Below are positions 35,396 to 45,349 of a stretch of 60,423 bases of DNA, piece by piece. Each line of letters starts with the position of its first letter. Position 1 is the first letter of the stretch. A program made the translations under genes and the position numbers. The DNA is taken from NCBI GenBank assembly GCA_964514975.1, contig CAZESS010000013.1:1-60423 (forward strand). Direction: 5' to 3'. The stretch is from an uncultured Thermoplasmatales archaeon (GTDB taxonomy: Archaea; Thermoplasmatota; E2; UBA202; DSCA01). The notes beneath the pieces were generated by a model. That model made no database searches. It was not told where the DNA came from and saw only the letters and a list, made by a program, of their open reading frames with translations.

Positions 35396-35814
35396 CCCGA
35401 CCCGTCTGCTATGACGATTTACCGGCGGTGATGGCAATCGCCGAGGAGACCCTGACGTTGTCCTACACCCTCGACTTTTTTGTCGGGATGTGGCAGCTCT
35501 CCCCGGAGCATTTCCTGGTCACCGAGCGTGACGGCGCCATCGCCGGCTTCATTCTGGGGGTGGTGACCGACATCGGGTCGCTCCGCATCCTGCTGCTCTG
35601 CGTCCTCCCGCGGTGGCAGCGGCAGGGCGTCGGCTCGGCGCTGCTCCGCTCCATCTGTACGGGGGACGTCCGGCATGTGTATCTCGAGGTCAGACGGGAC
35701 AACGAGGGTGCGATAGCGTTTTACCGCCGGCATGGATTCGTGGTTACCGAGCACCTGCCCGATTTTTATCCCGATGGCACACCAGGATATCGGATGGAGC
35801 AGCGGATACGGTAG
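35392..35814 (+). CDS. GNAT acetyltransferase (RimI/Ard1-like)
   Basis: QRQGVGSALL, YLEVRRDNEGAIAFYRRHGF. Confidence 0.88.
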   Translation: MTRPVCYDDLPAVMAIAEETLTLSYTLDFFVGMWQLSPEHFLVTERDGAIAGFILGVVTDIGSLRILLLCVLPRWQRQGVGSALLRSICTGDVRHVYLEVRRDNEGAIAFYRRHGFVVTEHLPDFYPDGTPGYRMEQRIR

Positions 35815-35867
35815 CCGGTGACATGTCATGATGCTCTCCACATGATAACAAAAAAACGGGTTGGTAT

Positions 35868-35900
35868 AGATAAAAAATAATATTTTTTTATTTTTTATCT
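35868..35900. promoter_or_regulatory. Perfect 13-7-13 inverted repeat, possible operator
   Basis: AGATAAAAAATAA-tattttt-TTATTTTTTATCT upstream of the regulator gene. Confidence 0.5.
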
Positions 35901-35974
35901 TACATTTTAACATTTTTTAAGATTTTTTTCCCGCATTGGCCAAATTATTTAAATATCAAGCTGTTCGGGGATGT

Positions 35975-37045
35975 GTGCGAAACCATCTGACCGAGCGGGA
36001 ACAGCTCGTCCTCTACGGTCTTATCCGCTACCCGGATTTGAAGGACCGTGAACTCTCCGAGCAGCTCGGCGTCAAGCATTCAACGCTGACCTCGATACGG
36101 CGGCGACTTCAGCAAAAGCGATACTTCCGGACCATACGGCTGCCCTACCTGCAGCATTTCGGCTGCGAGCTCCTCGCCGTCATCCACACCCATTTCAACC
36201 CGGTCATCCCGCTGCAAAAACGCGTCGACATCACCGAGGAAAAAATCGAGGCAGCGGAGGAGCTTTTTTTCTCCATCGGCGAATTCGAAAAAGGATTCTC
36301 GCTCAGCCTATCCGAAAACTACACGGCCATCGGCAAAATAAACGACGTCAGAACGGAGACCTTCGGCAAGCTCGGCCTCCTGGAAAAAAACTATCCCACA
36401 GAGGCCATCTTTCCATTCGCGGCGAGCCGTATCTACCGCTTTTTCGACTACGCACCCCTGATAAAAAACCGCTTCAACCTCGACGGCAACCCACGCTGCG
36501 ATTTCATCTGGCCGCCCGACCATGTCCATCTCTCATCCACCGAGCGGCGGGTCCTCTACGGCCTCGTGAAACACCCAAACGAGTCGGACAAAACGCTGGC
36601 GGCCATCCTCGGCGTGGCGCGGCAAACCGTCTCCCGGCTGCGCAAACAGTTCGAGGAACAGGGATACCTGGCACAGATGCGCATCCCCAACCTCCGGCAG
36701 CTCGGCTTCGAAATCCTTGCCTTTTACCACGTCCGCTACGACCCGGCCAACCCGCCCGACTTCGAGGAGGGCGAGGCGGCGGCGCTGCTCAGCGACAATG
36801 TCATCTTCATGGCATCCCGGCCATTCGAAACCGTCATCATCGCCGCCTATCACACCTACGGGGAATACAAGGCAGACAAGGTCGAAAAAATGCAGATGCT
36901 CAAGGAACGGGAATGGATCGCCACCAACCCCGTCATACGGACATACAGCCTCAGCAAATCCGAAATCATCAAGGACTTCACGTTCGCGCCCATCACCAAA
37001 AAAATCCTGCACGTCGACGACCTGCCCGAACAAACAGAACAGTAA
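35975..37045 (+). CDS. Transcriptional regulator with two wHTH (Lrp/MarR-like) modules
   Basis: LTEREQLVLYGLIRYP...ELSEQLGV and LSSTERRVLYGLVKHP...LAAILGV repeats; GTG start ~20 nt after TTTAAATA. Confidence 0.85.
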   Translation: MRNHLTEREQLVLYGLIRYPDLKDRELSEQLGVKHSTLTSIRRRLQQKRYFRTIRLPYLQHFGCELLAVIHTHFNPVIPLQKRVDITEEKIEAAEELFFSIGEFEKGFSLSLSENYTAIGKINDVRTETFGKLGLLEKNYPTEAIFPFAASRIYRFFDYAPLIKNRFNLDGNPRCDFIWPPDHVHLSSTERRVLYGLVKHPNESDKTLAAILGVARQTVSRLRKQFEEQGYLAQMRIPNLRQLGFEILAFYHVRYDPANPPDFEEGEAAALLSDNVIFMASRPFETVIIAAYHTYGEYKADKVEKMQMLKEREWIATNPVIRTYSLSKSEIIKDFTFAPITKKILHVDDLPEQTEQ

Positions 37046-37079
37046 CGCATACATACCCTGATGTGTTTTATCCAGCGCT

Positions 37080-37162
37080 GCGGGGGTACCCGAGCGGCCA
37101 AAGGGGCAGGGCTTAGGACCCTGTGGTGCAGGCCTTCGAGCGTTCGAATCGCTCCCCCCGCA
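37080..37162 (+). tRNA. tRNA-Leu(UAG)
   Basis: GCGGGGG/CCCCCGC stem, CAGGG-CT TAG GA-CCCTG arm, long variable arm, TTCGAAT loop. Confidence 0.96.
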
Positions 37163-37206
37163 TTCGCCGGGCAGAAACGTTAAAATGCCGCGGCAGTTCA
37201 ACAGCC

Positions 37207-37767
37207 ATGAAAGTCTACGTGGTGGACAACGGCGGCCAGTGGACGCACCGGGAATGGCGCACGCTCCGCTATCTCGATACGGATGCGGCCATCGTGCCCA
37301 ACACGACGCCGTTCCATGAGATCAGCGATGCGGATGCGATCGTGCTGTCCGGCGGCGCACCCCGTATCGGGCTGTCCGGAGAATTGGGGAACTGCGCCGA
37401 ATACCTGGAACGGGCGGAGGTGCCCATCATGGGTATCTGCGCCGGCCATCAGTTCATGGCCCGGTTTTTTGGCGGCGAATGCGCACCGTCCGGGGTGCCC
37501 GAGTTTGGCAAGATAGAGATATCGGTGCGGGACAAGGACGCGTTGTTTTATCAGCTGCCCAAAACCATGACCGTCTGGGAGTCCCACAACGACGAGGTCA
37601 CCCGGCTGCCGGATGACTTCGTGCTCATGGCGTCATCGGACAACTGCCGGGTGCAGGCCATGCGCCACCACACGCGGCCGCTCTTCGGGCTGCAGTTCCA
37701 TCCCGAGGTCGAGCACACCGAGTACGGCGCACAGATTTTCGAAAACTTCCTGCGGGAAGGCGCATGA
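37207..37767 (+). CDS. guaAA: GMP synthase glutamine amidotransferase subunit A
   Basis: VVDNGGQW, LSGG, GICAGHQ, ESHNDEV, QFHPEV. Confidence 0.95.
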   Translation: MKVYVVDNGGQWTHREWRTLRYLDTDAAIVPNTTPFHEISDADAIVLSGGAPRIGLSGELGNCAEYLERAEVPIMGICAGHQFMARFFGGECAPSGVPEFGKIEISVRDKDALFYQLPKTMTVWESHNDEVTRLPDDFVLMASSDNCRVQAMRHHTRPLFGLQFHPEVEHTEYGAQIFENFLREGA

Positions 37768-38618
37768 TAGTTCGCGCATACGAGCCATGCCCCCGGTTTC
37801 CTCCGCTGTCGCTGTCCGAGAGCTGCATGTTGCACTGCCGGCACTGCCGTGGTCACTACCTGAAGGGCATGACCACGGTTGCGCCGCCGGCGCTCCTCGA
37901 CCATGCCATGGCTCTGGCGAACCATGGCGCCCATGGATTTCTGGTGAGCGGCGGGTGCGACCGCAGGGGCAGGCTGCTGCATCTCGACGAAGCGCTTGAT
38001 GGCCTTGCTGCCGTTCGACGGCGGACGAACCTTGTTGTTGCGGTGCACACCGGCGTCGTCGACGACGATATGACATCACGGCTTCTGGATGCCTGCGACG
38101 TCGCGTTCGTGGACGTTGTGGGCAGCGACGAAACGGCCAGGCAGGTCATCGGGCTTGAAAATGCCATGCCCTTCCATCGCTCGCTCTGGGTGCTCATTGA
38201 CGCAGGCGTCCCGGTTACGCCGCATGTCACCTTTGGTCTGCACCACGGCCGCGTCGTCGGGGAGCGGGCTGCGATCGATGTCATTGCGGCGCTGTCGGTC
38301 GAAAAGATGGTGGTGAACGTTATATGCCCTACACCGGCGACGGCCTTTGCATCTGTCTCGTCGCCCTCGCTCCCGGAGATGGCGTCGCTGTTCGAATATG
38401 CGGTCGACCGATGCGGCAGGGTGGCGCTTGGCTGCATGCGCCCCCGGGGGCGTCCTGACATCGAGCGCGCGGCTGTCGCCGCGGGGATACGGGACATAGT
38501 GCTGCCGTCCCGGGCAACCCGTGACATGCTGTCTTCTGACGGCATCATGGTGGAGCGGTTGCCTGTCTGCTGCGGTATCCCCGATGGCCTGGTTGAACGC
38601 TCTAAAAATTATATATAG
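37764..38618 (+). CDS. Radical SAM protein (biotin synthase-related)
   Basis: CMLHCRHC, LVSGGC, HTG, LGCMRPRG, C-terminal CC. Confidence 0.85.
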   Translation: MIVRAYEPCPRFPPLSLSESCMLHCRHCRGHYLKGMTTVAPPALLDHAMALANHGAHGFLVSGGCDRRGRLLHLDEALDGLAAVRRRTNLVVAVHTGVVDDDMTSRLLDACDVAFVDVVGSDETARQVIGLENAMPFHRSLWVLIDAGVPVTPHVTFGLHHGRVVGERAAIDVIAALSVEKMVVNVICPTPATAFASVSSPSLPEMASLFEYAVDRCGRVALGCMRPRGRPDIERAAVAAGIRDIVLPSRATRDMLSSDGIMVERLPVCCGIPDGLVERSKNYI

Positions 38619-38638
38619 CGGCATGTGTTGTAACGATT

Positions 38639-40516
38639 ATGAAAAAGATAGCAGTTCTGCTCGTTGTAGCGGTTTTTGCGGGCGGCGGCATGATGGCGGG
38701 TATATCGGGGCAGGTCAGCCATGAGACGGCATCGCCTGCCGGGCATGACACGGCGACGGAGTCGTACACGTTTTCGTTCGATGCGCCGGAGGTAACAGGG
38801 GACGGCTGGCTGCAGGTCGATGTTGATGGCTGCACCGCGGTGCAGCATCCGGGTGAGCCGATGCTGCCCCGTGCAACGCATACGATGACGTTTCCGCTGG
38901 GTACCCATATAAGAGATGTTCGGGTGTCCGTGGATGACATCCAGACACGGCAGCTCCAGGGCACGGTGGCGCCGGCACCGGAGCCGGTTCGGCTGGACAT
39001 GCAGCACCGGGAGCGCGTGCAGGAACCTGGTGCCGTGTATGACACCGATGTGTTGTATCCATCTGGATGGCTCCAGTATGACACGGGCGCCGGCCTCTAC
39101 CGGGGTGAGCATGTCACCATGCTGTCCGTGCAGGCCTATCCCGCGCGGTATGCACCGCAAAGCGACATGCTCCAGCATGTCGACAGCGTTACGGTCACGG
39201 TCTCCTATGAGCTGCCGGCAACGCCGCTGCTCACCGCCGACACCTATGATTTGCTCATTGTCACGCCGGGCGAGTTCACCGGGGCTTTGCAGCCCCTCGT
39301 CGAGCACAAGGAAGCCCATGGGCTGGCGACCAAGATGGTGACGCTGGACGAGGTGTACACCGGCGACTATTTTACCGTCGAGGGCCGCGACAGCCCGGAG
39401 CAGGTCAAATATTTCATCAAAAACGCGCTGGAGGATTGGGGCATCAGCTATGTCATGCTGGTCGGCGGCCGTAATGGCGGTGTTATGCAGGAGCGATGGT
39501 GGTGCCCGGTCCGGTACAGCCATCTCGCCGACGGCTCCGATGAGACGGCCTATCTCAGCGACCTCTATTTCGCTGACATCTACGCGCAGGACGGCGCCGA
39601 CCCGGTTTTTGCATCCTGGGACAGCAATGGCAACGGCGTGTTCGCGGAATGGACGATGCTTGCGAAGGACACGCTGGACATGTATCCTGATGTTTATGTA
39701 GGGCGGCTTGCCTGCCGTAACAGTTTTGAGGTGGATAGGATGGTGGATAAAATCATTACCTATGAGACGACGGCGGCGGGGAGCGACTGGGCGAAACGCT
39801 TCGTTGGTATCGCCGGCGACACCTACCCGGACAGCGGCGACCTCTCCTACTACGAGGGCGAGCTGGCCACCGAGGCCGCCTTCAACTATCTGGATGGCTA
39901 CGAGGCCGATTTCAGATGGACGTCGGATGGAACGCTGACAAGCGCCGATGACATCGTGTCCGCCATCAGCCAGGGCGCGGGATTCGTGCACTTCTCCGGC
40001 CATGGCAACCCGATGAGCTGGGCGACACATCCGCCGAAGGACCACGGTACATGGATCGGCATCGACGTGTCGCAGTTCCCCGGCCTGTCCAACGAGGGCA
40101 TGTATCCCGTGACCATCGTGGGCGGCTGCCACAACAGCCAGTTCAATGTCAGCCTGCTCAACCTGCTCAAGTTCCGGAACATCCAGAACATCTATTATCA
40201 TTCGGAGTGGTCCCCGGAAAGCTGGGGATGGTGGCTCGCCCGGAAATTCGGCGGCGGCGCCATCGCGACCATCGCCAACACCGGCTATGGCTACGGCGAG
40301 CCGGGCGAGGACTGCCTGGAGAAACGCGGGCGGTACATGGAGCTCATGTTCTTCAAGAGCTATGCGGAGGGCGCCGACATGCTCGGAGCCGCGCATGCGC
40401 AGGATCAGACCTACTACATGAACACGTTCCCGCCGATGGACGGACGCATCGACTGCAAAATCGTGCAGCAGTGGGTGCTCCTTGGCGACCCGTCGCTCAA
40501 AATCGGTGGCTACTAG
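38639..40516 (+). CDS. Secreted C25 (gingipain-like) cysteine peptidase
   Basis: Signal peptide, PGEPMLP, YVMLVGG, SDLYFAD, FSGHGNP, GGCHNS, LLGDPSL. Confidence 0.9.
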   Translation: MKKIAVLLVVAVFAGGGMMAGISGQVSHETASPAGHDTATESYTFSFDAPEVTGDGWLQVDVDGCTAVQHPGEPMLPRATHTMTFPLGTHIRDVRVSVDDIQTRQLQGTVAPAPEPVRLDMQHRERVQEPGAVYDTDVLYPSGWLQYDTGAGLYRGEHVTMLSVQAYPARYAPQSDMLQHVDSVTVTVSYELPATPLLTADTYDLLIVTPGEFTGALQPLVEHKEAHGLATKMVTLDEVYTGDYFTVEGRDSPEQVKYFIKNALEDWGISYVMLVGGRNGGVMQERWWCPVRYSHLADGSDETAYLSDLYFADIYAQDGADPVFASWDSNGNGVFAEWTMLAKDTLDMYPDVYVGRLACRNSFEVDRMVDKIITYETTAAGSDWAKRFVGIAGDTYPDSGDLSYYEGELATEAAFNYLDGYEADFRWTSDGTLTSADDIVSAISQGAGFVHFSGHGNPMSWATHPPKDHGTWIGIDVSQFPGLSNEGMYPVTIVGGCHNSQFNVSLLNLLKFRNIQNIYYHSEWSPESWGWWLARKFGGGAIATIANTGYGYGEPGEDCLEKRGRYMELMFFKSYAEGADMLGAAHAQDQTYYMNTFPPMDGRIDCKIVQQWVLLGDPSLKIGGY

Positions 40517-41724
40517 AGCGAGAGCAGCACCACCGCGATGACGGTGACGAGCACCGCCGGCGGCAGCATCAGCCGGTAGAGCCTGACGAAGCGGGGCTTG
40601 AAATATTCGTAGCTGACGACGACGCAGAGATGGAGCGGCGAGATGAGATATCCCATGAACGACGACACGTAGAGCAGGCTAACCAGCCCGATGTCGCCGC
40701 CTATCATCGACGCAACCATCGAATATACCAGCGGGATGGCCGCCATGTTGTGCGCCGTCAAAAAGCCGATGCTGAAGGACAGCACCGGGATGATGAGCAG
40801 GGGCGAGGCCGCGCTTCCCTGCAGATATCCGGCGACGACGTCGGTGACCCCCGAGGCGAAGGCCATGTCCCGGTAGAGCATGATACCGAAGATGGCGAGC
40901 CCGAGCAGCGGGGAAAATCCTTTTTTGAGCATCGCTGTGTGCTGTCCGCCCATGTAGAGCAGCAGCGACAGCAGGATGCCGGTTGGCAGCGCGACGAGCA
41001 ACGCCAGGTTGAGATGGACGACCTCGGCCAGGGTGAATGCCATGGCGACGGTGATGATGAGCGGCAAAAAGTTGACCAGGGTTTCCGCGACGATGCCCGT
41101 GATATGCCTGTCCTCTGTTGCCTCTCGCTCCTTTTTCCGGGACAGCCGGAGGATGTACAGGGCACCGACGGCCACGGCGACCAAAAAAATGGGTGCCTGC
41201 ACCACGATGAGGCGGTTGATGCTGACCTCGGACACCTGTGACATGACCACCAGGGCGGTCGACAGAGGAAACACCAGGAACCCGATGTGCCGGAACCACA
41301 GGTTGATGAACGTCCGGCCCTCTCTGTCAACACCGAGTTTTTTGCCCTGTTCGTCGACCATGGGCGCCGAGAGTAGCGCGCCGCCGGGGATGGGTAGCAG
41401 CCCGAAGATGAACGGGATCGTGGCCAGCATCCCCCGCTGCGGGATGGCTCGCTTGAGATGGTCGATGACCAGGGGTATCTGCCCGGTGTCCTGGAGCACG
41501 GTGGCGAATATCTTGATGAAGATGACGATGGCGACCAGCGTGAGCACCTGCCAGTCTGTTATGGTTTCATACAGGATGGTGGGGATGTCCGCCGGGCGTG
41601 CCAGCAGCCCGAGCAGCAGCGCGCCGAGCACCATGGCGACGCCGAAGTTTTTTTTGTTGGCAACGAGCACGATGATGACGGAAAACGAGATGAGCAGCGC
41701 CGCCAGCGACAGCAGGTCGCTCAT
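40513..41724 (-). CDS. DUF401-like multi-pass membrane protein
   Basis: GLLPIPGGALLSAP, NLWFRH, GYLISPLHLC. Confidence 0.8.
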   Translation of the reverse strand: MSDLLSLAALLISFSVIIVLVANKKNFGVAMVLGALLLGLLARPADIPTILYETITDWQVLTLVAIVIFIKIFATVLQDTGQIPLVIDHLKRAIPQRGMLATIPFIFGLLPIPGGALLSAPMVDEQGKKLGVDREGRTFINLWFRHIGFLVFPLSTALVVMSQVSEVSINRLIVVQAPIFLVAVAVGALYILRLSRKKEREATEDRHITGIVAETLVNFLPLIITVAMAFTLAEVVHLNLALLVALPTGILLSLLLYMGGQHTAMLKKGFSPLLGLAIFGIMLYRDMAFASGVTDVVAGYLQGSAASPLLIIPVLSFSIGFLTAHNMAAIPLVYSMVASMIGGDIGLVSLLYVSSFMGYLISPLHLCVVVSYEYFKPRFVRLYRLMLPPAVLVTVIAVVLLSL

Positions 41725-42647
41725 AGCATCCGCTCCTTTCCATGGCCGAGCAGCGCCACCCGAGACGCCGGTCGCTCCGCGAGCACTTCATAGCCGAGGT
41801 GATGGCCGAGCCGTTCAGCGAAGCTCTGTATCTGCTCGTGGGAGGGCATGTTGTCCATCGTCATCCGCTGTCGGGCCTCGCCGACGTGCACGTAGCCCTT
41901 CGGCTCGATGAACCATGGCTCTGCCATTGCATCGAGAGACGCATATTCCTGTTCATGCCCGAGGTTCCAGCCGTCCATCAGGGTGTGCCGGATGACCGTT
42001 CGGGTGTCAAGAGAGGGCAGCAACTCCAGTGTGTCCATGAGCCGGTCCCATCCATCGGGGATGAGCGGGCAGCACACCCTGCGATAGAGCTCCCGGGCGG
42101 GGGCGCACACCGACACGTAGAGCTGCGACGGCAGCGTGTCCAGCCCGGCGAGCACCTCCGGCCGTGTTCCATTGGTGACCAGGAAGGTGCTCATGCCATG
42201 CCTGTGGCAGATGGCAAAAAAGTCATCCAGGTAGGGATACAGCGTTGGCTCGCCCATCAGGGAGCAGGCAACATGTTTCGGCTGTCGCGCCTCCCGCCAT
42301 GCGTCGTCGGGGCAGCGTTCATCTCCCCGGAAGCCGGAGACAAGCTGCCGGTGTGCCTCGAGGCATCCCTCGAACACGTGTTCCGGGTCGTCCGCCTCCT
42401 GGTCGGGAACGGCCGTCCGGGTGAAGCCCTGGTGGCGCCAGCAGAAGAGGCATTTCTGGGTGCAGTGCGCCGCCGCCGGGGTCATCTGCATGCAGCGGTG
42501 GCTCTCGATGCCGTAGAACGTCTGCTTGTAGCAGGCCGTGCCGTGCAGCAGCGACCTGCGGAGCCAGTGGCAGTGTTTCACGGCGCTGTGTCCTCCCACG
42601 ACGGCGTAGCCCTGCTTGTCCAGGATGCGCCGGAACCGGTCGTCCAT
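41721..42647 (-). CDS. taw1: 4-demethylwyosine synthase Taw1/TYW1
   Basis: HSAVKHCHW, CYKQTFYGIESHRC, CTQKCLFCWR, SLMGEPTLY, EPKGYVHVG. Confidence 0.95.
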   Translation of the reverse strand: MDDRFRRILDKQGYAVVGGHSAVKHCHWLRRSLLHGTACYKQTFYGIESHRCMQMTPAAAHCTQKCLFCWRHQGFTRTAVPDQEADDPEHVFEGCLEAHRQLVSGFRGDERCPDDAWREARQPKHVACSLMGEPTLYPYLDDFFAICHRHGMSTFLVTNGTRPEVLAGLDTLPSQLYVSVCAPARELYRRVCCPLIPDGWDRLMDTLELLPSLDTRTVIRHTLMDGWNLGHEQEYASLDAMAEPWFIEPKGYVHVGEARQRMTMDNMPSHEQIQSFAERLGHHLGYEVLAERPASRVALLGHGKERML

Positions 42648-42802
42648 ACATGGAGGGCATCACAGCCGCGTTAATAAACCTTATCCGATATGACATCGAT
42701 GTATAATGACATCGTTGGAGAAAGCACCACAAGCGTTATATACCTGCCTCACCATTGCTTTAATAAATTATAATCCATCAGGGGAATAAGGGTTCAAACC
42801 GC

Positions 42803-43573
42803 CTATTTTTTAGCGTTTTCCTCCTTGCCCTTGTTCCCCTCCCTTTCATCAGCATCGCCGGATGGCAGCCGCACAGGCAGCCGGTCTTTGAACAACGCCA
42901 CGTCGCCATGCTCCGGCAGATACCACAGCCCGACGGCGTGCACGCCAACGCCGGCATCCGCCGCATCCACAATCAGGTCGGCCAGCTCCGCGTCGGCATC
43001 ACGGTTGGGCATAAACCCCGACACGTCCGGGAGCGCGGCCACGAAGAGCAGCAGCGCATTGCCACCCCGCCGGACATGGTCGATGAGCTCCGTTACATGC
43101 CGTCGCCCTCGCGTCGACGGACAGTCGGGATACATCGCCATCCGGCCTGACCGAAGCACCGCGCTCTTCACCTCAAGATAGCATGGCTTCCCGTTGCAGG
43201 TGAGCAGGTAGTCGATGCGCGAACCGCCGAGCGGGGCATCCCGCCGCTCTATGGCGCAGCCGTCGAGCCAGGAAATATGCTCTCCCTCGACGGCACGCTC
43301 AAACGCGTCCATCTGGAAACGGGTGTCTATCAGCGCCGCCGCGCCGCCGTCGGCCACGGCGAACAGGCGAACATCTGTTTTGCCCTGCTTTTTTGGGAGA
43401 CAGTATGCAGTCGTGCCGGGCTGCATGACCCCCGCGAGCCGGCCGGTGTTGTTTATCCAGGCACGCCGCCGCATCCCGTCCACGTCCACGGCGACAACGA
43501 ACCGGTTGACCCGCTCGATGATGGCGCATTCTATTACGTCTTCAAAGTAAAGCAGATGCTCCACCTGATTCAA
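42803..43573 (-). CDS. sfsA: DNA/RNA nuclease SfsA
   Basis: RVNRF, NTGRL, SRIDYLL, YLEVKS, YPDCPSTRGRRHV. Confidence 0.9.
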   Translation of the reverse strand: MNQVEHLLYFEDVIECAIIERVNRFVVAVDVDGMRRRAWINNTGRLAGVMQPGTTAYCLPKKQGKTDVRLFAVADGGAAALIDTRFQMDAFERAVEGEHISWLDGCAIERRDAPLGGSRIDYLLTCNGKPCYLEVKSAVLRSGRMAMYPDCPSTRGRRHVTELIDHVRRGGNALLLFVAALPDVSGFMPNRDADAELADLIVDAADAGVGVHAVGLWYLPEHGDVALFKDRLPVRLPSGDADEREGNKGKEENAKK

Positions 43574-43974
43574 CTGCCGAAGGGGTGTATGTACAGCACG
43601 CCGATTTCGTCACTTTCTTCGCCACCGACCGCCCGTAGCGTGTGGATGGGTGGCGGCTGCAGTCCGGTGTCCCACAGCCAGGTGTAGGGCGGCTCGTCAT
43701 CGGTTGCCATGAGCTCATCATCCACATAGAAGGAGATGTCGCTCACGCCCTCGGCGGCCACCTCCACCGTTATCCTGCCGACAACGATGGCCTGGAAGGG
43801 ACGGGGCGTGTCTGGCAACGACACCACCTCGACGCCCATGACGTACAGTGCCGCCTCAGGAGTCATGATGTCGACATTCTGCCGTGGAGAGGGGCTGGCT
43901 TCTGCCCAACTGATTGCCGGGGCGAGGAGCGTCGCCGCGATTACCACACAAACGACGGCTGGTTTCATCATCAT
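43570..43974 (-). CDS. Small secreted Ig-like domain protein
   Basis: Signal peptide; FYVDDEL..TDDEPPYTWLWD..HTLRAV. Confidence 0.75.
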   Translation of the reverse strand: MMMKPAVVCVVIAATLLAPAISWAEASPSPRQNVDIMTPEAALYVMGVEVVSLPDTPRPFQAIVVGRITVEVAAEGVSDISFYVDDELMATDDEPPYTWLWDTGLQPPPIHTLRAVGGEESDEIGVLYIHPFGS

Positions 43975-44079
43975 TCAACCTGTCTGTGTTATATAATCAT
44001 TCCGTACATTGATAGCAAAATGGGCATGACGGTAGATCGGGCACACAAACTATAAGGCCCCGTGAGCCATCGTCTTATT

Positions 44080-44259
44080 ATGGCAGCGGCCCGCTTCGAA
44101 ATATATACCGACACGGCCGGCGAATGGCGCTTCCGCCTGGTTGCACCCAACAACGAGATCATCGCGGTCGGCGAGGGCTACACCACGAAGCAGAACTGTC
44201 GCAAGGGTGTCGATGCGGTGAAGCGATATGCATCCGATGCAGATGTCGTCGAGCGGTAG
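44080..44259 (+). CDS. DUF1508/YegP-family small protein
   Basis: FEIYTDTAGEWRFRLVAPNNEIIA.GEGY..KQNC.KG. Confidence 0.9.
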   Translation: MAAARFEIYTDTAGEWRFRLVAPNNEIIAVGEGYTTKQNCRKGVDAVKRYASDADVVER

Positions 44260-44261
44260 CG

Positions 44262-45287
44262 TCAGCGCTTCGGATGCGTCTGGAAGAAGCTCCATATCAG
44301 TTCCGTGGCTGAAATCTCCTGCGATGGTCGGTCGCCCGTTGAGGAGCCGGGCCATCCGTGGCCGCCGTTGACGATGGTGTACAGCGTTACCATGCTGCCG
44401 TTTTCTCCTCCGGTGTAGGTTTCGCGGGTTATGTTGCCGCTGTCGCTCGTCCATCGCTCCGGCTCACGGCTGCAGTTGTTGTGCTCCACCCAGAACGAGA
44501 TGGAGGCGTTGACCGGCAGGTCGGTGCCCGTGCCCCACGTGTTGTTGCCGTGGCCGCCGTCGTAGGGCACGTTTTCGTCGAGCAGGCCATGGAAATGTAT
44601 CACCGAGACGGGATGCGCCGGCTGCGGGATGACCCAGAGCGGGCTGTCCGCGCTCGCCGTCCCGCCGATTGAGCCTGCAACGGGCCCGACCGCTGCGACG
44701 ATGTCGGACAGCTCGGCGGCGACGCGGTAGGCAAGGATGGCTCCGTTGGAATGCCCCGTCACGTATATCCGGCTGCCGTTGATGGCAAGGCTGTCCCGGA
44801 GCTCCGCTGTCATCGCCGCGACGAACCCGACGTCGTCCACGTTGCGCTCGTAGGCGACGCCGCAGCAGTAGCCGCCGTTCCACATCCGCCGCCAGGCCAT
44901 CCAGCGGTATATCCCCCGGGGATACACAACGATGAAGGTCTCCTCGTCCGCTTTTTCGGTAAAACCCGTCTTTGTTGCCATACGTGCAGGATAGCTCCCG
45001 CCGGCGTGCAGGACGACGACGAGCGGCACGGCGGTGCCGTTGTAGCCGGGTGGGACGTGCAGCCAGTAGCTCCGCAGGCGGCCGTCATGCCGGAGCCACC
45101 GCAACGAGGTGCCCGATGCCGCGGACACATCCCTGCCAGGTGACATCGATGGTCCCTCGTCCTTTATCCTGTCGGCGAAGCGCCCGCTGCGGGTCTGCTC
45201 ACCGTGATCGATGCAGGGTTGATGCGGCATCGCCGCCATGATGAGGGCGATGGCGAGCAGGACGGCCACGAGGAAACGCCGTGTCAT
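44262..45287 (-). CDS. Secreted PHB-depolymerase/LpqC-like esterase
   Basis: PLVVVLH, WNGGYCCG, DDVGF, TGHSNG, HGLLD, GHGWPG; start set at ATG 45287. Confidence 0.88.
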   Translation of the reverse strand: MTRRFLVAVLLAIALIMAAMPHQPCIDHGEQTRSGRFADRIKDEGPSMSPGRDVSAASGTSLRWLRHDGRLRSYWLHVPPGYNGTAVPLVVVLHAGGSYPARMATKTGFTEKADEETFIVVYPRGIYRWMAWRRMWNGGYCCGVAYERNVDDVGFVAAMTAELRDSLAINGSRIYVTGHSNGAILAYRVAAELSDIVAAVGPVAGSIGGTASADSPLWVIPQPAHPVSVIHFHGLLDENVPYDGGHGNNTWGTGTDLPVNASISFWVEHNNCSREPERWTSDSGNITRETYTGGENGSMVTLYTIVNGGHGWPGSSTGDRPSQEISATELIWSFFQTHPKR

Positions 45288-45349
45288 GGACACATCTCCA
45301 ACGCCGTCGCTGTTTATAAACATGTTCCGTTGCTTCACCGGCGAGGCGT

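Noticed and set aside
37123-37206. N-terminal extension of guaAA
   Set aside because: Overlaps tRNA-Leu; the true start is ATG 37207
42690-42714. ATGACATCG direct repeat upstream of taw1
   Set aside because: Only two 9-bp copies and no linked regulator
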